DNA of 64,000 nt, from positions 10,106,001-10,170,000 of the forward strand of contig JBHGNT010000015.1 in assembly GCA_043228905.1 (NCBI GenBank), read 5' to 3'. Every line of letters starts with the position of its first letter. Position 1 is the first letter of the stretch. This document shows positions 36,101-49,344 of this stretch, one piece after another. The translations under genes were made by a program, and so were the position numbers. Origin of the DNA: Azolla caroliniana. Its lineage: Eukaryota > Plantae > Polypodiophyta. The notes under the pieces are model-generated. The model was not told the origin of the DNA and searched no databases. It saw nothing but the letters and a program-made list of their open reading frames with translations.

Positions 36101-38795
36101 ACACAACATTGCGGCTAACACGCGCTTGTTTGGTGTGAGGGTTATAGCACTTATAACCCTTCTGCTCATCTGAGTAACCGACCAAGATGCATTTCTCGGC
36201 CTTTGTGTCCAGCTTCCTCCTTTTCTCCTTCGGTATATGCACATACGCAATGCTACCGAACACCCTCAAGTGTCGTAAGTTCGGCTTCGTTCCGAAGTAT
36301 AGCTTGTGTGCTAACACCTTGTCTTCGATCCGGTTCTGGATGTATACCGTGGTCCTTACCGCCTTGGCCCAGTAGAACTTGGGCAAGCTCTTCTCCTCCA
36401 GCATTGCCCGTGCCGCTTCCACAACTGACCGATTCTTTCTCTCGGCCACGCTGTTCTGCTCCGGCGTGTATCTACAACTGAATTCGCGGCGAATTCCCAT
36501 TTGTTGTAGGTAACCGTTGAATTGACCGGAAAAGTACTCTTTCCCACCATCCGACCGCAGACACTTGATCTTTCGTCCCGTTTCCGTTTCCACGAACCCT
36601 TTGAGGTCCTGGAAACAGTCGAAGACTTCGCTCTTCCTCTCAATGAGGTAGATCCACGTGTGCCGCATGTGGTCGTCGATGAAGGAGACGAAATATCGGC
36701 TCCCGCCAAGACTAACGTTTTGTGCCGGCCCGCATAAATCGGAGTGTATAAGGTCGAGCTTGTTCCGGCTCCGGTTTCGTTCGTTTGGGAAAGGAAGTCG
36801 GTGTTGCTTCCCGAGCTGGCGGGCTTCACAAATTTGTGCCTTTCGGCCACTAAATTTGGGCAATCCGAACACTACCTGTTTCGATTGCAGATCTTGAAGC
36901 CGTTGGTGGTTGACGTGGCCTATCCGCTTGTGCCACAAGTTGATGTCCGACTCGGTTTTTTGTCCCTTTGCGAACATTGTGGTGCCGCCATCAGTGGAGT
37001 CGAGGATGAACATCCTCCCGTCTCTGCGCCCTTGCGCAATCACACGGCCTTCTTCCTCAATGAAGCACCCGAGGTGTGTAAACTGAACCTCCATCCCTTG
37101 GTCGACGATCTATCCGACCGAGACCAAGTTTTTCGTGATTGTCGGGACCTGTAGCACGTTCATAAGTTTCCCTTTCTGCCCGACATGGCTAAGGGGAACT
37201 TCTCCGATATTCGCGATCGGATGCGGAGTGTCGTCTCCTATTGCGACTACTCCAGGTTGTATCAGTTTTTCAAGGTACGAGAACCACTCCTTATGGCTCG
37301 TCATGTGGTTTGACGCGCCGGAGTCTACGTACCACACCTCGTCCGATCTCGGGGTGCTCTGTTTCATCGAGTCTGCTTCGTGTCTCGTCACGAAGGCAGA
37401 ACCTTCTCCGGCTCTCCCGGAGTCTTCGGTGTAGTGCGATCACTGCCGATCTCCCTTGTCGGTATGTCTGGAGCCGTTTCCGGAACCGGTTCTCTCCGAA
37501 TTGGCGCGCTTCTTCCAGCACTCAGTTTCCCTGTGGCCTTTCTTGCCACAGTACCAGCACTCCGCGATGGCCTTCCCTTGCCGGTTCTCATTGCTTCGAC
37601 TCTCCCTGTTTCCGGAGGGTCCAGAGTTGATGTCGGCATCAGTTTGGTGCCTTCTTCCTTGATCTCGTCGGCCGCCTCCATTGCGCGCCGACTCGCCTCG
37701 TCCTCCACGTCTACGAGGCCTATCTCCCTCCGTGTACAACATTATGTTGTCAGTGTGCGTGCTTCTAGACGCACCCGCGTGGTTCTCCTCTACCAGGAGC
37801 ATTGACTGTAAGTCAAAAAAGGACGGCGTATTCTCTTGGGTACACACAGCCGTTCGGAACGCTCCGAACTTCGACGCCAAACCTCCGAGACAGATCTGGA
37901 CCATCTCGCTCTCCTCGATGTTCACCTCTATGGAGGCGAGGGAGTCGCAGATATCCTTGATCTTCGAGGTATAGGCCGCCACGGACAAGTCGCATTGTCG
38001 TAAGTTGCACAACTCCTGTCGGAGCTGAAGCTTCCTGGTTGTGGTGCTCGCGGCGAAAATCTTCTTCAGATTCTCCCACGCACCCTTCGGCGTCTTTGCA
38101 TCCCGAACATAGCTCAATAGTTGTTCGCCCACACATGACGCGAAGCAGTATAATACCCTGCTCGCCAATTGCTCGCATGACGGAAAGTCTCTGTGTGTCG
38201 ATACGGGTGCCGCGTCATTAGCTCCTTCGACATAACTCTAGTAGCCGTGTCCGAGCAGATACTGGTGCATCTTGTAGGACCAAGACGTGTAGTTGGTTTT
38301 GTCGAGCTTCTCTGTTGGAAGCGAGCTCTCCATGCCTCTATCCATCGTTCTTCTTCGTCAAGCTATGTCGGCTGCAGAGAGGTTCTCAACCCTCACGCTT
38401 TGATACCATGTAGAAACTAGCGTGCGGAAGCAAGTATAAAGACTGAACAGAAGGAAGAACACTCAGGTTTAATGGAGAGCTTGAGTTTACACAGTATACG
38501 CGGGAGAGTGAGAGAGAGTGAAAGAGAGAAGACACCAAAAAAGAATGTGTGTATTTCTCTAAAGAGAAAAACAACAACGACCAAACATATGTGTTCAATG
38601 ACCACTTTGTACAAGTCTGTGGAGGATTGACCGAAGTACTGACAGTACTTCAATGCTCATTAAGAGCTCTTACACTAATTCCCAAATATATTCCTCACGG
38701 AATATCTTTCCTAACGGCCTAACCGATCGGTCCCAACCGATCCGGTCCTCGGCTTCTTCAGCCGATCCGGCCGATGTTGAGCTTGTCTCTCAACA
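33187..38795 (-). mobile_element. Ty1/Copia 'D2', full-length, sister of D1
   Basis: TSD AAAGG. LTRs 33187-33550 and 38409-38795. PBS at ~38398-38408 and PPT at 33551. Gag-pol pieces 37440-38168, 36036-37391 and 34295-36250. Confidence 0.96.
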
Positions 38796-39355
38796 AAAGG
38801 GTTATAGCATCTATACCATTTTTCCTCTTCTGAATATCCAACAAGAACACATTTTTCAGCTTTTGGATCAAGCTTACTTTTTACTTCAACAGGTACATGA
38901 ACATAAGCAAGGCATCCAAACACTTTTAAGTGTTCTAAACTAGGCTTCCTGTTGTCATAAACACGATGGAATGTAGGGGGTTGAACCCATGACCTCTTGG
39001 TCTTATTGGGCAACCTTGCCAATTGAGCTACATTCCATCTATGCATTATTATATTGTATAAGTTTCAACTTATTACATTGTAAGTTAATCACTAGAAGTT
39101 TCCATGCATTCTCTAGATGTTTCCTAGCTTACATGCATACCACCACATTCTTGTATAAATACTTCGGTGCACCTTGATTACAATCAAGGTGAATAACACC
39201 ATTTACGGAAGCATAATTTAGTTCTCGCTCTTTTGTCTAACCCCTCTCTCTCTCTTGTTCACTTGTCTATGTTCCTCTCTTTATATATATCTATCTTTCT
39301 CTCTTTCTTAATACTGAGCTCGTCTACTTGTCCTTGCCCTCGTCTACGTCCGTGA

Positions 39356-42300
39356 TGAAGAGAAATGCGCGGAATATCGCTCGGACACAACCGAGTAGTA
39401 AATCACTTCTATCGGAATCAAACACAGAAATGGGAAGTGGAGAGTACACAAGAAAAATTACACAGGATGTTTACGTGGAAAACCCTAATAGGGAAAAACC
39501 ACGAGAGTCCACAGACTCCGAACTATCACTATGAAGAGAAGGGGTACAATCAGAGACTCGGAGGCAACGACCTAGAGCTCTGTTTCTTCGCATAGTGGAG
39601 GTTACAACAGAGTATCACTCTGTATCTCTCTCTCTCTCTCTCACTCTCTCTCTATACAACAATTGCAGCAATATGACAACAACACAATCACACATACTAA
39701 ATTGATTGCCCTAAGTCATATTTATAGTTATATGAACTTAGGGCTATTTAAAAAATATAGCCTCAATGGGCTTATTCAAGACATATTTATAAATCTGTCC
39801 TTTGTTCCGGTTCTCACCAGGTCCACCGATCCGGTTTTCGGATCTCTTCCGGTTCTCACCGAGTCCTCATTATTCATCACCGGATCCCATCCGGAGGGAC
39901 TGATTTCACAACAATCTCCCCCTTCACTCCGGCATGGGATGTCTCACCAGCCCGATCCACTTTCGGCATGCGTCCAACTTGTTGGTTGTCATCACCTTGG
40001 TCAACATGTCTGACCCGTTCTCCTCCGTGTGGATCTTCTTAAGCACGAACTCTCGATCTTCAACTTGCTCCCGGATCTAGTGGTACCTGCATTGGATGTG
40101 CTTCGTTCTGGAATGATATGCCACGTTCTTTGCAAGGTGGATGGCATGTTGTCGCGTTGTTACGCGCGTGCGTGGAGAAAGGCGGGACGAAGGGGGTCTT
40201 GGACTAGGGAGCGACGGAGCGTAGGAAGTCGCACTTCACCGTTTCCGGGGCATCCCAACTCTAAACCTAACGGTATACCCATAAAGGCGCCCTCGATATT
40301 CACACTAAATGTACATGGGTGCGTATACACGCTGCACCCCGTCGATGTAGCCAATGTTTCCCGGTTTCCGCCTCTGGCCGAAATTCTTCACGACAACATT
40401 CACTGTCGTAGTAGAGCCGGTATTCCTCTTGTTGGGTCCCTAGCTCTCCGATGAAGTCCTTCATCCATAATATTTCCTTGCTGGCTTCCACAGCTGCCAT
40501 GTACTCCGCCTCTGGCGTTGACAACGCAGCCGTCTTCTGCAGCCTCGACTGCCACGAAACAACTCCCCCTGCATAGGTCATGACACATCCGGAAGTTGAC
40601 TGGCTGGTGTCCACATCAACCAGCATATCCGAATTGGTAAATCCTTACATGAGGGGTTTACAGGAGCCGAATCGGAGGCACACACGCGACGTGCCCTTCA
40701 GGTACCAGAGTATCCATTTTACCGCATTCCAGTGCTCTTTTCTGAGCTTGGTCATGAACCAACTCACCACTCCGACTACGTATCCAATATCCGGTCGAGT
40801 ACACACCATTGCGTACATCAAGCTCCCGACCGCAGAGGCATATGGAATCTTCATCATATCCGCCTTCTTTGCCTTTGTCTTCGGGCTTTGCTTACCTAAT
40901 AGTCTGCAATTTGTCAAGAGCGTCGATCCGACCGGTTTTGCTTCTAACATGTTAAACCGTTGAAGCACCTTTGTCATGTACCTTTCCTATAACAACCACA
41001 ATTGCTTCTTCGACCGGTCCCGGATGTGCATCCCTAGTATCTATCTTGCCAGACCCAAGTATTTCATGGAGAAGGTTCGGTTAAGGGCCTTCTTCAGCAT
41101 CCGTATCTTGACTTGGTCTCGTCTGACGATCAACATGTCATCCACATACAAGAGCAATATCAGGAAATCTCCTCCATCAAATTTCTTCACAAACACATAG
41201 TGATCGGCTTGCGTCTTGTGGTACCCTTGATCGGTCATGAAGGATTCAAACTTCCGATACCATTGCCGAGGAGCTTGCTTTAGTCCGTATAAGCTCTTCT
41301 TCAGCCGGCACACCAAGTGCTCCTTCCCCTTCTTCACAAATCCTTCTGGTTGATGCAGGTAGATCTCTTCTTCGAGGTCTCCATGTAGGAATGCCGTCTT
41401 GACATCCAGTTGCTCTACCTCAAGGTCCATGCTTGCCGTTATGCTCAAGACTATCCCGATGGATGTCATCTTTACTACTAGGGCAAAGATCTCATCGAAG
41501 TCCACTCCTTTCGTTTGCTGGAAGCCCTTCACTACGATTCGGGCCTTATACCTTGGTGGATTTCCGACATCTCCCGGTTACAGCTTGTACACCCACTTGT
41601 TCCGGAGTGCCCTCTTTCCTTTCGGCAAGTCCACCAATTCGTATGTGTGGTTTTCATGCAGGGAATCCATCTCATCCTGCATGGCATTCAACCACTTGCG
41701 GCTGTGGGTGTCTCCCCTTGCTTCTTCAAAGCTTTCTGGCTCCCCCTCATCGGTTAGCAACACATGCTCTGCATCTAGAAATCTTCGGGGGGCTCTTCTC
41801 TCCTAGAGAGGATATCTCCATCCTTGGTTTCTGACTGACGGTTCCTCCATATGTTCTTCATCCAAATCCGATTCGGGATCTTGTCCAATTCCGATGTCTT
41901 CTTCTTCTTCTTCTTCGGTTGGTTCGGTTTCATGTCCGTATCCAGCTGGTTCGTCGAGTGTGATTTGGTTATCGACTAACATCTAGTTTTCAATGGATGA
42001 TCCGGAGTTTGTTACCTTCTTCTCTGACTCCCAGTTGGCAATGGTCCTGTCTTCCATGAACACTATGTCCCGACTGCGGAACACCTTTCTATCGACCAAA
42101 TCCCAAACCCGGTAACCGAACTCATCATTGCCGTATCCAAGGAATATGCATGGCCTGGACTTCGGATCCAGCTTTGCTCTCTTGTCCTTCGCCACATGCA
42201 CGTATGGAGACACCCGAACACCTTCTGATGTGGGTAAGACACATCCTTATTGGTCCATACTTTCTGTGGTGAGTCTCCGTCCAGGGGTACTGAGTGTGAT

Positions 42301-44748
42301 CTATTTATCACATAGGTTGCCGTCATCAGCACCTCAGCCCAAAACATATTGGGTAACTTGGCATGTGTGAGCATGCTCCGGACTCTCTCCATTATGGTCT
42401 GGGTCATCCTTTCGGCCGGCGTCTTCATCATAGTGAATTCGAGCCGGATTCCCTTCAACCGACCGTACTCCTCGAACTGCCCCCAGTATTCTCCTCCATT
42501 ATTTGCTTGAACTACTTTCAACTTCCGGCCGGTTTCTCTTTCCACTCTCGCGTGGAGTTCCTTGAAGATGGATAGCACTTGATCCTTCGTATTCAGCGAT
42601 GAGACCCACGACTTCCGAATGTGGTCATCTATGAATGTCACGAAGTACTGTGATCCGGCATGTGACTTCGTGTCCACTTGACACACATCTGTATACACCA
42701 GCTCCAATGGTGCATTCCATCTCATTGGTGGTCTTGACTGGAAGGAGGTTCGGTTTTGCTTGCTGGCAAGTCAATCGGTGGACTTCTCAAGTTGCACGTC
42801 CTTCATTGGAATGAGATTGTCTCCGGCAAGTCTCTTCATCTCCTTCTCACTCATGTGCCACAGCTCAACGGCAGTGTCCGATGTAACGTTCACTTATTCC
42901 CGGAAAATCCGGGCATGCATAAGCTACAACGTGTTGATCTTCCAGGCTCTAGCCACAATCAGGCTTCCTTTGCTGAACTTCATGACTCTGTTTCAGATGC
43001 TACCTGTGTAGCCTTCATCATCTAGCCGACCGACTGATATCAGGTTCAGTCTAACCTCCGGAATGTGTCGGACATCCTTCAACAACAACTTGCATCCAGT
43101 TGATATTGTCAATGACACATCTCCTATGCCAACAATTCTGCATGTACCTTCATTCCCCATACAGACAGAACCGTGATCACTGGCTTTGTAGGATGAAAAG
43201 AATTTCCGATCCAGTGTCAAGTGGAACGACGCTCCAGAATCGACAACCCACGTTGTTTCATCGCCGACAAGGTCTAACTCATTCTATTCATTGATGAGCA
43301 TCAATTCCTCTTCACTTGTCGCAATCATCGACATTCCTTTCCGATCCGGGCCTCTTCGGTCAAAGTCGTTTCTGTCCGAACTTTTCTTCGAATCAGTGAT
43401 GCCGGTTTCCTTCTTTCTGGAAATGCTGACATTTCTTCTCGAAGTGCCCCGACTTCCCACAGTAGAAGCAAGTAGGCCTCCCCCTTGACTTCGACCTTGT
43501 CCCCGATTTGTCCCGGTTTTGGGGACTCCGATACCGGCCTCTTCCCCGATTGTGGTCATCTTCTATGACCAAGGAATTCGGATCGGTTTCGGACTCCCGG
43601 TCCTTCTGGCGAGCTTCTTCATCTAGCAAGCTTGATTTTACCCTTGCTAGGGACAACTACTTTCCTTCCAGCTTGGCGTTGCCCAACGTGACAACTAACA
43701 TCTCCCAGCTATCCGGGAGGGAACCGAGCAGGAGTAATGTGAGTACCTCATCGGCAAGAGGTACTTCCAATGAGGTTGCTTGATGGATCAGTCCTTGGAA
43801 GGAATTCATGTACTCCACCGTATTGGAGCCATCTTGGTACCGGAGCCTCACTGGCTTCCGGAATACTGAAACCCGATTAACGGCATTTTTGTTTTGGAAC
43901 ATAATGTCGATCTTCTCCCAAATTTCATGAGCCTTGCTCTCTTCGTTGAAGTTATTGTACAGGCTCATGTCGATGAGGCACCGGATGTATGTCATCGTCT
44001 TCATGTGCATCACCTCCCACGCTATGGCATCGAGATTGTCCGGTCTCTTGTCCCCGAACTAAACTGGCAACCAAAGATCTTTGACCACTAGCATATCCCT
44101 CATCTTCGACTTCCACACTGAGTAGTTGGAGCCGGTGAGCTTGAACATGCCACCGAACGATTCTTCCATTTCCTATGTTGTTCACTCTGATACCAGTTTG
44201 AACAGAAATCCGTGGAATATCACTCGGCCACAACCGAGTAGTAAATCACTTCTATAGGAATCAAACACAGAAATGGGAAGTGGTGTGTACACAAGAAAAT
44301 TTACACGGGATGTTTACATGGAAAACCCTAATAGGGAAAAACCACAAGAGCCCACAGACTCCGAACTATCACTATGAAGAGAAGGGGTACAATCAGAGAC
44401 TCGGAGGCAACGACTTCGAGCTCTGTTTCTTCGCATAGTGGCGGTCACAACAGAGTATCACTCTGTATCTCTCTCTCTCTCTCTCTCACTCACTCACTCT
44501 TTGTACAACAATTGCAGCAATATGACAACAACACAATCACACATACTAAAGTGATTGCCCTAAGTCATATTTATTGTTATATGAACTTAGGGCTATTTAC
44601 AAAATATAGCCTCAATGGGCTTATTCAAGACATATTTACAAATCTGTCCTCAGTTCCAATTCTCACCGATTTCCGGATCTCTTCCGGTTCTCACCGGGTC
44701 CTCTTTATTCATCACCGGATCCCATCCGGAGGGACTGATTTCCCAACA
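39356..44748 (-). mobile_element. Ty1/Copia (Tnt1/Tork-like) 'F', full-length, degraded, inserted at the end of the E 5' LTR
   Basis: LTRs 39356-39913 and 44199-44748. TSD cgtga/catga. PBS ctctgatacca at 44185-44195 and PPT at 39914. Gag 43393-44169, INT 42063-42725 and RT/RH 40300-41763. Confidence 0.93.
40147..40398. mobile_element. 252-bp insert with TG..CA ends and 8-10 bp inverted termini (solo-LTR- or MITE-like) in F RNase H
   Basis: tgttgtcgcg...cacgacaaca interrupts the conserved YYDSE-SAIHLAKN motif. Confidence 0.7.
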
Positions 44749-44782
44749 CATGATAGTTTCTTCACCTTCCCTTCTTGTTACC

Positions 44783-47700
44783 ATGTCCAACTCGGCCTTA
44801 AACCAAGTAATGGCAACCTTGGAGCAACTTCAATTAGAAAGTGAAAGCCTTCATCAGTCATTGTGAGAGCTTCAAAATAGCACAACCAACAATCCTTCAC
44901 CCATTGAGCGTCACCTTCCGTCAGCATCTAAGCCAACCCCTTCCTCTTCCCATTCATATGTCCTCAAACCTAACGTTAGCCTACCTGACAAATTCAACGA
45001 CTCGAGAGCGCATCTTTGTGGCTTCATCAATCAAATTCGGCTTATCATCCGCTTACAACCCCAACGTTATGCTAGTGATTTCTCTCGGGTTCGCCTCGTT
45101 GGCAGCCTTCTCTCGGGGCTGGCACAAGTGTGGTTTGCACCATTGATCAAGACCTCATCACCCCTCCTAGACAACTTTCCTACCTTCCTTGCGGAGCTCG
45201 AAGCCACATTCGGAGAGACAGATCGGCGACGAACGGCACTCACGAAACTCTATTGCTTACAACAAGGCTCTCGTGCAGCTTCTGTTTATGCTTTAGAGTT
45301 TTGTCAGATCGCGTGCGATGTCAGCTGGGATGAGCAAGCTTTATGCGACCAGTTTCGTCAAGGCCTCCGAAATGATATCAAGACTCTTCTCTTAAACTTT
45401 CCGTAGCCCACATCATTGTCCTAGGTAATCTCCCAACCCGTTCAATGTGATAATCGTATTTTTGAGCTTCGACAAAAGGAACGGGGGACTCGAGGTTTTC
45501 CATCTTCCTCTCGCAATGCTCCATTCACACAGCCATATATATCAGTTTCGCCAAGCACGCCATGGTTGTCTTCTTCCAATAGTGCTCATACCCCGATGGA
45601 GGTCGATCCCCGTACCCCAATGGAGATCGACCATGCTCGGTTCCAACCATTAACCAATGCCCAATGACAACATCGATGTGACAATGGCCTCTGCCTCTAC
45701 TGTGGTACCCCTGGCCATGTCATCCCCCACTGCCCGATGCGAAGCCCTTGTCCTCAATTCCACCGTGCACATCTTGTAGAGGTTTCTCGACAACAAGAAA
45801 ACAATCGTGCACGTCTTGCAGAGGTTTCTGGACAACAGGAAAACGAGCAAGTCCAGCTGCAGTAGGAGCCATGCCGCTGGACCCTTTCCGTTGCCCTAGT
45901 TCTTTGTGCTCCTACAATTCAGTCACGCCATCAGAGGTTTTACTTTGCAAGTAAGTCTTTGTTTTGGGTCTATTTCAATAAAATCCCATGCCTTGCATGA
46001 TTCTGGTGCATCTACTTGTTTCACCCATATCGTGTTCGTCCGAGTAGATAAAATTCCAACCGTCCGCACAACACAACCCATATCCGTTGAAGCTATCGAC
46101 GGAAGGGTTCTCTCTTCAGGGGCGGTTACCGAAGTGACTGTCCCATTGGTATTTCAAGTTGGGTTCCACCAGGTGGTATTAACATTCTACCTCATTGCAA
46201 CCCCTCGTCATCCGATTGTTTTAGGGCTCTCCTGGTTGGAAACACACAATCCGATGGTGGATTGGTGTAGCCGTTCCATCACTTTTCCACAAACACCAGC
46301 GCGGGCCCTTTTCACGAACATTGTTACTTGTGTCGGGGCTGCTTTCAGCTTGGGTGCACATTCTTTTGATTTCAACTCAATCTCTGACGTTTCCGATTCC
46401 GTTGTGGCCGATTCTAGCGTGGTCACTTCCATGCTTGTTGTGTCACAGGATGTCCCTACTCCTGTCACCAATTTGCCCGCAAGATATAGCGATTTTTTGG
46501 ACGTGTTCAAAAAGCGAAATGCAGACCGGTTGTCGACACATCGCCCCTATGATTGCCCAATCGAACTCCAAGATGGCGCACACCCACCATTTGGGCCCAT
46601 CTATGGGCTATTAGAACCCGAACTTGAGGCCTTTCACACATATCTGGAAGAAAACCTTGCCAAGGGCTTCATTCAACCCTCCAAATCACCAGTTGGAGCC
46701 CCAATCTTATTTGTCAAGAAGAAGGACGACTCATTACACCTATGTGTGGATTATCGGGGTCTCAACAAAACTAAGGTACGTAATCGTTACCCCTTGCCTT
46801 TAATTCCAACACTTCTTGACCGACTTCAAATCGGGCGTATCTTCTCCAAAATCGACGTTTGGGGAGCCTACAATCTGGTGCGTATCAAGCCATGAGACGA
46901 GTGGAAAACGGTCTTCTGAACACACTATGGACATTTCGAGTACAAGGTGATGCCTTTTGGTCTCACCAACGCCCATGGGGTCTTTCAGCACATGATGAAC
47001 AAAATATTTCGGGAGTATCTCGATCACTTCGTGGTGATCTACCTTGACGACATTCTAGTTTTCTCTTCCAACATAGAGGAGCACACCCGACACGTCCGAT
47101 TGCTCCTATACGATTGCGCCAAAAGTGAGAAATGTGAATTCAATCGGACCTTTGTCGAATTCCTCGGCTACGTGATTTCACCCTCCGGAATCACAATGGA
47201 TGCACGCAAGGTAGCGGCAATCACTGATTGGCTTGTCCCTACTAGGTTGAAAGAGGTACAATCATTTCTTGGTTTTGAAAATTTCTATCGACGATTTATC
47301 AATGGTTTTTCGTCTTTAGTACAAACTCTAATCATCCTTACAAGAAAAGATACTCCATTTCTTTGGACCTCTGTGGCGCAACGTGCTTTTGATGCCCTCA
47401 AGGCAACTTTTCTCATAGCCCTAGTGTTGGTTCACCCCGACCCCACAAGGCCCTTCCAAGTCAAAACCGATGACTCCGACTTTGCCCTTGGAGCTGTCCT
47501 ATCCCAACCAGATGACGAGGGCACACTACGTCCTGTTGCCTTCTAGTCTCAGAAGTTTCCCACCCCGGAAATCAATTATCCAATCTACGACAAGGAGTTG
47601 GCAGCAATCATATTTGCCTTCACCGAATGGTGACCCTATTTGGCTAGGGCCCAACATCACATCCAGGTACTGACCGACCACAAAAATCTAATTTACTTCA

Positions 47701-49344
47701 ACACTAGTCATACATTGAATCGGAGGGACGCCCGATGATCATTTTTTCTTGCCAACTACGACTTTGAGATCTTGTTTCGACCCGGAGTTCAACATGGGAA
47801 AGCTGATGCCCTCTCTTGGCGACCTGATTTCGCATTGCGCCCAGGAGATGATGCATATTCACAACAATCCCATTGTTTGTTGCGGCCCGATCAACTTCAG
47901 ATGTTCGCCACCTGCATGTTACATGATGATTCTTTGCTCAACGAGATCGCCACGACAACCGTGTCAGACCCATTCGCCAAAGAAATCATGGGCCGCATTG
48001 ATGACCCATCTCCGGACATGAAAAGCTCATATCTCAACCAATTTACAACCCAGGATGGGTTACTATATCATAATCATCTCTTGTACGTTCCCGGAGGATC
48101 ATGTCATACATGGGTTCTACAAAACTGTCATGATGATCCTCTTGCCGGCCACTTTGGGGTTACGACAACACTGGAATTGCTATCTCAAGGGTTTTGGTGG
48201 CCCCAACCTTATCAAGACATGTGATGTATGTGCTCGGTCCAAAACGCCAAACCATCGACCATGGGTCTCTCTATCCATGGACTTTATCACTGACCTCCCT
48301 CTAGTTGGTGGACATGATACGGTGCTAGTCATTGTCGATCGGTTTTCAAAGATGGCTCACTCTATTCAATGTTCCAAAACCATTTCCGGGGAAGAGACTG
48401 TTGATCTTTTTCTTAAAAATGTTGTTCGATTACATGGCTTACCCGAGGATATCACCTCTGATCGAGGTTCTCAGTTCATTTCCCACTTTTGGCGATGACT
48501 TCTACAAACATTCGGGACTTCTGTCAACTTGTCCTCAACATACCATCCTCAAACTAATGGACAAACGGAATGAGTCAACCAAATCCTCGAACAATACCTT
48601 CAGTGTACTGTGATCTACCAACAGGAGGATTGGGTAGACTTCCTTGCAATAGCGGAATTTTCTTACAATAATAGTATCCATGCTTCGACTAAGGTTTCCC
48701 CCTTCTTCGCAAACTATGGATTTCACCCTCGTTTCAGCATTTCCATACCTACAAATTCGGTCAATCCTTCAGCAGAGACGCGTGCCTGCACTTTACATGA
48801 TGTCCATCGTGACCTCTCCTTGGAGCTCCGTGTTGCTGGTGACCACTATAAAGATTATGCGGACCCACATCGCTTAGCTACACTAACGTTTGGAATCGGG
48901 GACATGGTTTGGCGGTTACATCGTCACATCGACACCGCACGTCCTTGTGCAAAATTGGACTACAAAAGACTAGGCCCCTTTCGTATCATCAAGCGGATCA
49001 ACCCAGTCGCCTTCCGGTTAGCATTTCCTCCAACATTCAGAATTCACGATGTTTTTCACGTTTCCCTCCTCGAACTCTACCATCCTTCTAGAATTCCAGG
49101 ATGACACCCTCCTCCACCGCCACCTGTGGAATTGTCGAAGGGCGAAGAATATGAGGTTGGCCAAATCCTCGACTCTCGATGTCATCGTCGACAGCTCCAA
49201 TATTTGGTCTTATGGAAAGGGTACCCCATTTTGGACGCCACATGGGAACTAGTTACACATTTACAAAATGCTCCGAAGGCCATTCGCGATTTTCATCAAC
49301 GATACCCACATAAACCAGCCGTGAGTCCCGAGAGGCGGCCTTAG
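44783..49344 (+). pseudogene. E gag (44783-45865) and pol (PR, RT YLDD, RH, INT, chromodomain) with stops
   Basis: ORFs 45128-45406, 45906-46895, 46947-47546, 48055-48498, 48610-49104 and 49126-49344. Confidence 0.9.
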
